Position numbers and translations under genes: made by a program. DNA of 64,000 nucleotides, taken from the NCBI GenBank assembly GCA_951406725.2, contig OX597822.1, forward strand, positions 112,592,001 through 112,656,000, read 5' to 3'. Numbering within the stretch: the first letter of the stretch is position 1; every line of letters starts with the position of its first letter. Under the pieces are notes generated by a model. It searched no databases. It was given only the letters and a program-made list of their open reading frames with translations, and was not told where the DNA came from. The stretch comes from Octopus vulgaris. Lineage: Eukaryota. Shown here one piece after another: positions 63,001-64,000 of this stretch.

Positions 63001-63841
63001 GAGGCTCCGGCAGGGGATGGTGGTGATCCCTGCTGTACTCTTTCACCACAACTTTCTCTCACTCTTACTCCCTGTTTCTCTTGTACCTGTATTTCAAGGG
63101 GCCGGCCTTGTCACTCTATGTGTCACGCTGAATATCCCCGAGAACTACGTTAAGGGTGCACGTGTCTGTGGAGTGCTCAGCCACTTACACGTTAATTTCA
63201 CGAGCAGGCTGTTCCGTTGATTCGGATCAACCGGAACCCTCGTCGTCGTAACCGACGGAGTGCTTCCAACAACCTTCCATATTGCTGAAACTCTATCAAT
63301 AGAACTGGTCTGTAGCTCAACTGCAAGTTGTTTCATAGAAACTCCAGCTTGTCTTCTTGGCTATAGATTTCCTTCACCTTCCCAAATTATGTGGCACCTA
63401 ATTTTTCTTAAAACTTAAAATTCAACTAAAGGAACTCTCAGCTTCTCTCCTTAAGATTGTATCATGTCTCCAGATTCATTAAGCCTTTAGTCTAATGTCA
63501 CTAACCCCTGTTGAATGGATACTTTCTTTGTCAAAGAAAGACTTAGTATTCACAGCCATTTGCCCATCCTATTTACTGGTGAGTATGAAGTCTCACTCTG
63601 ACCTATGTGTCTGCCTACTTAATAAGTGATCAGGTCGGTGTGGTTTCCTGACAATGAATACCCATAAATACAATACAAAACATGGTGCAAAATAACAATC
63701 AATTCCTTGTGAAAGAATTTACTTACATGGACCCACTCAATTCCTTCGCTGTTGTATTCATCTTGTTCTTGTTTCAAAACCAACTCAATAAACAACTGTT
63801 GCAATTTCTCATTACAATAATTAATGCAAAATTGCTCAAAA
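13934..63841 (-). CDS. Myo1d: Unconventional class I myosin (Myo1D/G-like), 3' part of gene: 15 exons, ~621 aa; 5' exons lie beyond the window
   Basis: Manual splice model with all introns GT-AG and consistent phases. Motifs: relay [34 protein letters not shown]1 region [15 protein letters not shown], converter [10 protein letters not shown] motifs and a TH1 tail with no SH3. Paralog assignment is from recalled similarity. Confidence 0.93.
14153..20022. repeat. Intronic tandem satellite built from 42-bp and 60-bp (42+18) units, ~5.9 kb
   Basis: Unit aatacaaatgtaYatttggaaaagtataagagaYtgctagtt with optional aataagagactgctagtt; roughly 110 units by estimate; contains the 14-bp palindrome caaatgtacatttg. 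Confidence 0.98.
20848..21234 (-). mobile_element. SINE family A
   Basis: Similarity to other copies. Confidence 0.9.
22459..22769 (-). mobile_element. SINE family D, tail type 3
   Basis: tRNA head ggaggYgcaatggcccagtggttagg..ttYgattcc. Confidence 0.85.
23273..23421 (-). CDS. Myo1d: Myo1 exon (TH1)
   Basis: tag|[49 protein letters not shown]|gtatgt. Confidence 0.95.
23575..24175. repeat. Degenerate ~33-bp minisatellite interrupted by SINE-C
   Basis: About 9 imperfect copies of ttactggtatataatactggYat. Confidence 0.65.
23671..23904 (+). mobile_element. SINE family C
   Basis: Similarity; TSD ggtRtgtcaagttaa. Confidence 0.9.
24188..24374 (-). mobile_element. Family B, short copy
   Basis: Similarity, (gat)n tail. 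Confidence 0.85.
24422..24538 (-). CDS. Myo1d: Myo1 exon (TH1, PH-like strands)
   Basis: cag|[39 protein letters not shown]|gtaagt. Confidence 0.94.
24760..25335 (+). pseudogene. Mariner transposase relic interrupted by SINE-C
   Basis: [40 protein letters not shown]; WVPHEL motif present, first catalytic Asp lost. Confidence 0.85.
25037..25250 (+). mobile_element. SINE family C, variant tail
   Basis: Similarity; gcctagagtagaaaaga duplicated on both sides. Confidence 0.85.
25390..25790 (+). mobile_element. SINE family A, diverged
   Basis: Similarity to other copies. Confidence 0.8.
25851..26179 (-). mobile_element. SINE family D, tail type 2
   Basis: Similarity to 62885-63271. Confidence 0.9.
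26775..27181 (-). mobile_element. SINE family A
   Basis: Similarity to other copies. Confidence 0.9.
27886..28296 (+). mobile_element. Family B
   Basis: Similarity, internal tandem units. Confidence 0.88.
28684..29096 (-). mobile_element. SINE family A
   Basis: Similarity to other copies. Confidence 0.9.
29717..29958 (+). mobile_element. SINE family C
   Basis: Similarity; TSD ggtaggatagata. Confidence 0.9.
30726..31038 (-). mobile_element. Family B
   Basis: Similarity. Confidence 0.88.
31115..31216 (-). CDS. Myo1d: Myo1 exon (TH1)
   Basis: cag|[34 protein letters not shown]|gtaagt. Confidence 0.93.
31327..31954 (+). mobile_element. SINE family A with a ~170-bp insert in its TA microsatellite
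   Basis: Head 31327-31498, insert ~31500-31672, tail to 31954. Confidence 0.9.
32241..32490 (+). mobile_element. SINE family D, tail type 1, internally deleted
   Basis: Similarity to 43614-43916. Confidence 0.88.
32577..32611 (+). ncRNA. Minimal hammerhead-like motif with one core substitution
   Basis: gttt-CcGATGA-agagctccactc-GAAACGTT-aaac, inside a ~200-bp pyrimidine-rich element (32507-32708) flanked by (TA)n. Confidence 0.45.
32768..34590 (+). mobile_element. RTE-clade LINE, 5'-truncated and degenerate
   Basis: RT remnants [30 protein letters not shown], and thumb [20 protein letters not shown]; runs into the family-B 3' sequence. Confidence 0.9.
34605..35875 (+). mobile_element. Penelope-like retroelement relic with ~280-bp inverted duplication
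   Basis: 34725-35058 translates (one frameshift) [59 protein letters not shown], like the PLE thumb/linker. Arms 34605-34887 and 35066-35345. The right boundary is approximate. Confidence 0.7.
35886..36190 (-). mobile_element. SINE family D, tail type 1
   Basis: Similarity to 43614-43916. Confidence 0.9.
36739..37848 (-). mobile_element. Two adjacent family B copies (36739-37376, 37399-37848)
   Basis: Similarity, multiple internal ~60-bp units. Confidence 0.88.
38022..38166 (-). CDS. Myo1d: Myo1 exon (start of TH1)
   Basis: tag|(R)[48 protein letters not shown]|gtgaga. Confidence 0.95.
38300..38640 (-). mobile_element. Partial copy of the 44916-45310 Helitron-like element
   Basis: High identity to 44967-45305. 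Confidence 0.75.
39028..39328 (+). mobile_element. SINE family A, 5'-truncated
   Basis: Similarity to other copies. Confidence 0.85.
39597..39698 (-). CDS. Myo1d: Myo1 exon (post-IQ)
   Basis: aag|(R)[33 protein letters not shown]|gtaagg; phase 2-2 fits neighbours. Confidence 0.92.
40470..40591 (-). CDS. Myo1d: Myo1 exon (IQ neck)
   Basis: tag|[40 protein letters not shown]|gtaagc; completes [13 protein letters not shown] motif. Confidence 0.95.
41043..41650 (+). mobile_element. Two tandem CR1 3'-end fragments
   Basis: [14 protein letters not shown]-type terminus plus 3' UTR, each ending in (tta)n (41043-41320, 41322-41650); same family as 45880-46671. Confidence 0.85.
41927..42253 (+). mobile_element. 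Family B
   Basis: Similarity. Confidence 0.88.
42488..42692 (-). CDS. Myo1d: Myo1 exon (converter, start of IQ1)
   Basis: cag|(R)[47 protein letters not shown]|gtaaat; overlaps ORF 42473..42742. Confidence 0.96.
42876..43428 (+). mobile_element. Family B, long copy
   Basis: Similarity. Confidence 0.88.
43614..43916 (+). mobile_element. SINE family D, tail type 1, young copy
   Basis: A and B boxes; 14-bp TSD atatacagcatata. Confidence 0.92.
44046..44125 (+). ncRNA. Type I hammerhead ribozyme
   Basis: Stem I ccaga/tctgg, extended by catgc/gcatg and cagcta/tagctg. Core CTGATGA 44072-44078, stem II tgag-caaaa-ctca, GAAAC 44092-44096, loop atgcag, GTC 44103-44105. Confidence 0.85.
44476..44642 (-). 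CDS. Myo1d: Myo1 exon (motor, SH1/SH2 region)
   Basis: tag|[55 protein letters not shown]|gtgagt. Confidence 0.97.
44916..45310 (-). mobile_element. Non-autonomous Helitron-like element
   Basis: Minus strand reads A|TCTATATAT..hairpin cccgagcaacaccggg..CTAG|T; second partial copy at 38300-38640. Confidence 0.7.
45387..45600 (+). mobile_element. SINE family C, diverged variant
   Basis: Similarity. Confidence 0.8.
45617..45768 (+). mobile_element. Family B, short copy
   Basis: Similarity. Confidence 0.85.
45880..46671 (-). mobile_element. CR1-clade LINE 3' fragment with (TAT)n tail
   Basis: [35 protein letters not shown] and [25 protein letters not shown]. Confidence 0.9.
46900..47480 (-). 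pseudogene. Tc1/mariner-superfamily (maT/DD37D-like) transposase relic
   Basis: [32 protein letters not shown], then [20 protein letters not shown] after frameshifts. Confidence 0.75.
47863..47940 (-). CDS. Myo1d: Myo1 exon (motor)
   Basis: cag|[26 protein letters not shown]|gtaagt. Confidence 0.95.
48089..48901. mobile_element. Inverted-repeat element (~140-bp arms) with a SINE nested inside
   Basis: Arms ~48089-48226 and ~48759-48901 are reverse complements; each has a decayed hammerhead-like core. Confidence 0.7.
48366..48758 (-). mobile_element. SINE family A
   Basis: Similarity to other copies. Confidence 0.9.
49448..49502 (-). CDS. Myo1d: Myo1 exon (motor, loop 2 region)
   Basis: cag|(S)[18 protein letters not shown]|gtaagt. 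Confidence 0.92.
49647..49940 (+). mobile_element. Family B
   Basis: Similarity. Confidence 0.88.
50626..50999 (-). mobile_element. Helitron-like element with a 41-bp terminal palindrome
   Basis: TC..CTAG termini at an A|T site; actagcactatgacccggc-gtt-gccgggtcatagtgctagt. Confidence 0.65.
51169..51314 (-). CDS. Myo1d: Myo1 exon (motor)
   Basis: tag|[48 protein letters not shown]|gtaact. Confidence 0.96.
51468..52010 (-). mobile_element. Probable retroposon embedded in (ATT)n microsatellite
   Basis: ~540-bp GC-richer block bounded by (att)n on both sides; single copy in the window, family unassigned. Confidence 0.5.
52341..52400 (-). CDS. Myo1d: Myo1 exon (motor)
   Basis: cag|[20 protein letters not shown]|gtaagt. 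Confidence 0.92.
52870..53175 (+). mobile_element. Family B
   Basis: Similarity. Confidence 0.88.
53330..54520 (+). mobile_element. Second RTE-like LINE fragment
   Basis: [26 protein letters not shown] and [23 protein letters not shown]; frameshifted. Confidence 0.85.
54549..54719. repeat. AT-rich palindromic MITE-like element
   Basis: ~60-bp inverted arms around an internal hairpin agaaatagc..gctatttct. Confidence 0.65.
54821..55238 (-). mobile_element. SINE family A
   Basis: Similarity to other copies. Confidence 0.9.
55598..55940 (-). mobile_element. SINE family A, 5'-truncated
   Basis: Similarity to other copies. Confidence 0.88.
56100..56659. mobile_element. Fold-back palindromic element with a family-B insertion in the right arm
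   Basis: 56100-56240 is the reverse complement of 56246-56284 plus 56567-56659; a solo arm also lies at 27218-27356. Confidence 0.75.
56284..56566 (-). mobile_element. Family B
   Basis: Similarity. Confidence 0.88.
57041..57463 (-). mobile_element. SINE family A
   Basis: Similarity to other copies. Confidence 0.9.
57748..57858 (-). CDS. Myo1d: Myo1 exon (motor)
   Basis: cag|[37 protein letters not shown]|gtaggt. Confidence 0.95.
58075..58799 (-). mobile_element. Three tandem TTAA MITEs (period ~251 bp) nested in a related MITE (~57935-58875)
   Basis: Units 58075-58302, 58325-58553, 58577-58799 separated by an identical spacer gaattgtttctctattatatag. Confidence 0.85.
59040..60120 (+). mobile_element. 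RTE 3' fragment split by a SINE-C multimer
   Basis: Similar to 34030-34590, ends in (gat)n, interrupted at 59370-59976. Confidence 0.7.
59371..59969 (-). mobile_element. SINE family C multimer: one head plus three bodies (period 184 bp)
   Basis: Identical ORFs 59438 and 59622 show the period; single TSD atatccaStacatt. Confidence 0.9.
60121..60720 (+). mobile_element. Fold-back element followed by a hammerhead motif, probable Penelope pLTR derivative
   Basis: Imperfect inverted arms ~60121-60330 and ~60345-60547 (e.g. gtgacttttcaaaaggtac / ataccttttgaaaagtcac), then a hammerhead motif and (TA)n. Confidence 0.6.
60585..60634 (+). ncRNA. Minimal hammerhead ribozyme motif (Penelope type)
   Basis: tct-CTGATGA-a-gggatatt..aatatcct-a-GAAAC-cgct-GTA-aga; core intact but stem I only 3 bp. 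Confidence 0.6.
60720..61073 (+). mobile_element. Family B
   Basis: Similarity. Confidence 0.88.
61080..63600 (-). mobile_element. Old degenerate LINE (RTE-like) relic interrupted by SINE-D
   Basis: Patchy reverse-strand similarity to the 32.8-34.1 kb RT region; many stops. Confidence 0.4.
62885..63271 (+). mobile_element. SINE family D, tail type 2
   Basis: A and B boxes; TSD accttccatatt. Confidence 0.92.
63727..63841 (-). CDS. Myo1d: Myo1 exon (motor relay helix)
   Basis: cag|..[38 protein letters not shown]|gtaagt. Confidence 0.96.
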
Positions 63842-64000
63842 CTGTAACGAATTAAAATCTTTATTAACCAAAGAAAATGATGGTTGATGGTAAATATGTT
63901 CTGTCATAAATATTTCAGACACAAAGGTAAACTTTATGAAGACCAGTGGTTCTCTACTGGTTCCATATGACTCTTGGGGATCCACATATAACTGTTTGCT

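Noticed and set aside
982-63336. Many 60-150 aa ORFs with recurring peptides ([31 protein letters not shown])
   Set aside because: Translations of SINEs and microsatellites, not genes.

Overview
Eukaryotic, AT-rich, repeat-dense genomic DNA. The SINE/LINE repertoire looks like an octopus (coleoid cephalopod), which is an inference. The backbone is the 3' two-thirds of one minus-strand gene for a short-tailed class I myosin (Myo1D/Myo1G, Drosophila Myo31DF type). Fifteen GT-AG, phase-consistent exons (63841 down to the stop at 13934) splice into about 621 codons covering the end of the motor, the IQ neck and the TH1 tail. Most of these exons are missing from the supplied ORF track. A SINE-poor stretch at about 8.3-13.9 kb is probably a long 3' UTR. 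The introns hold three tRNA-derived SINE groups, many RTE 3'-end copies, and RTE, CR1, Penelope, mariner and maT relics, plus Helitron-like elements, TTAA MITEs and fold-back elements. The last intron contains a 5.9-kb 42/60-bp satellite that ends about 23 nt from the terminal splice acceptor. The top finding is an apparently intact type I hammerhead ribozyme (44046-44125, antisense to the myosin) at the head of a ~350-nt hairpin-rich element resembling a retrozyme or Penelope derivative. Several other intact or decayed minimal hammerhead motifs are tied to Penelope-like inverted repeats. All coordinates and folds were read by eye; no database search was run.
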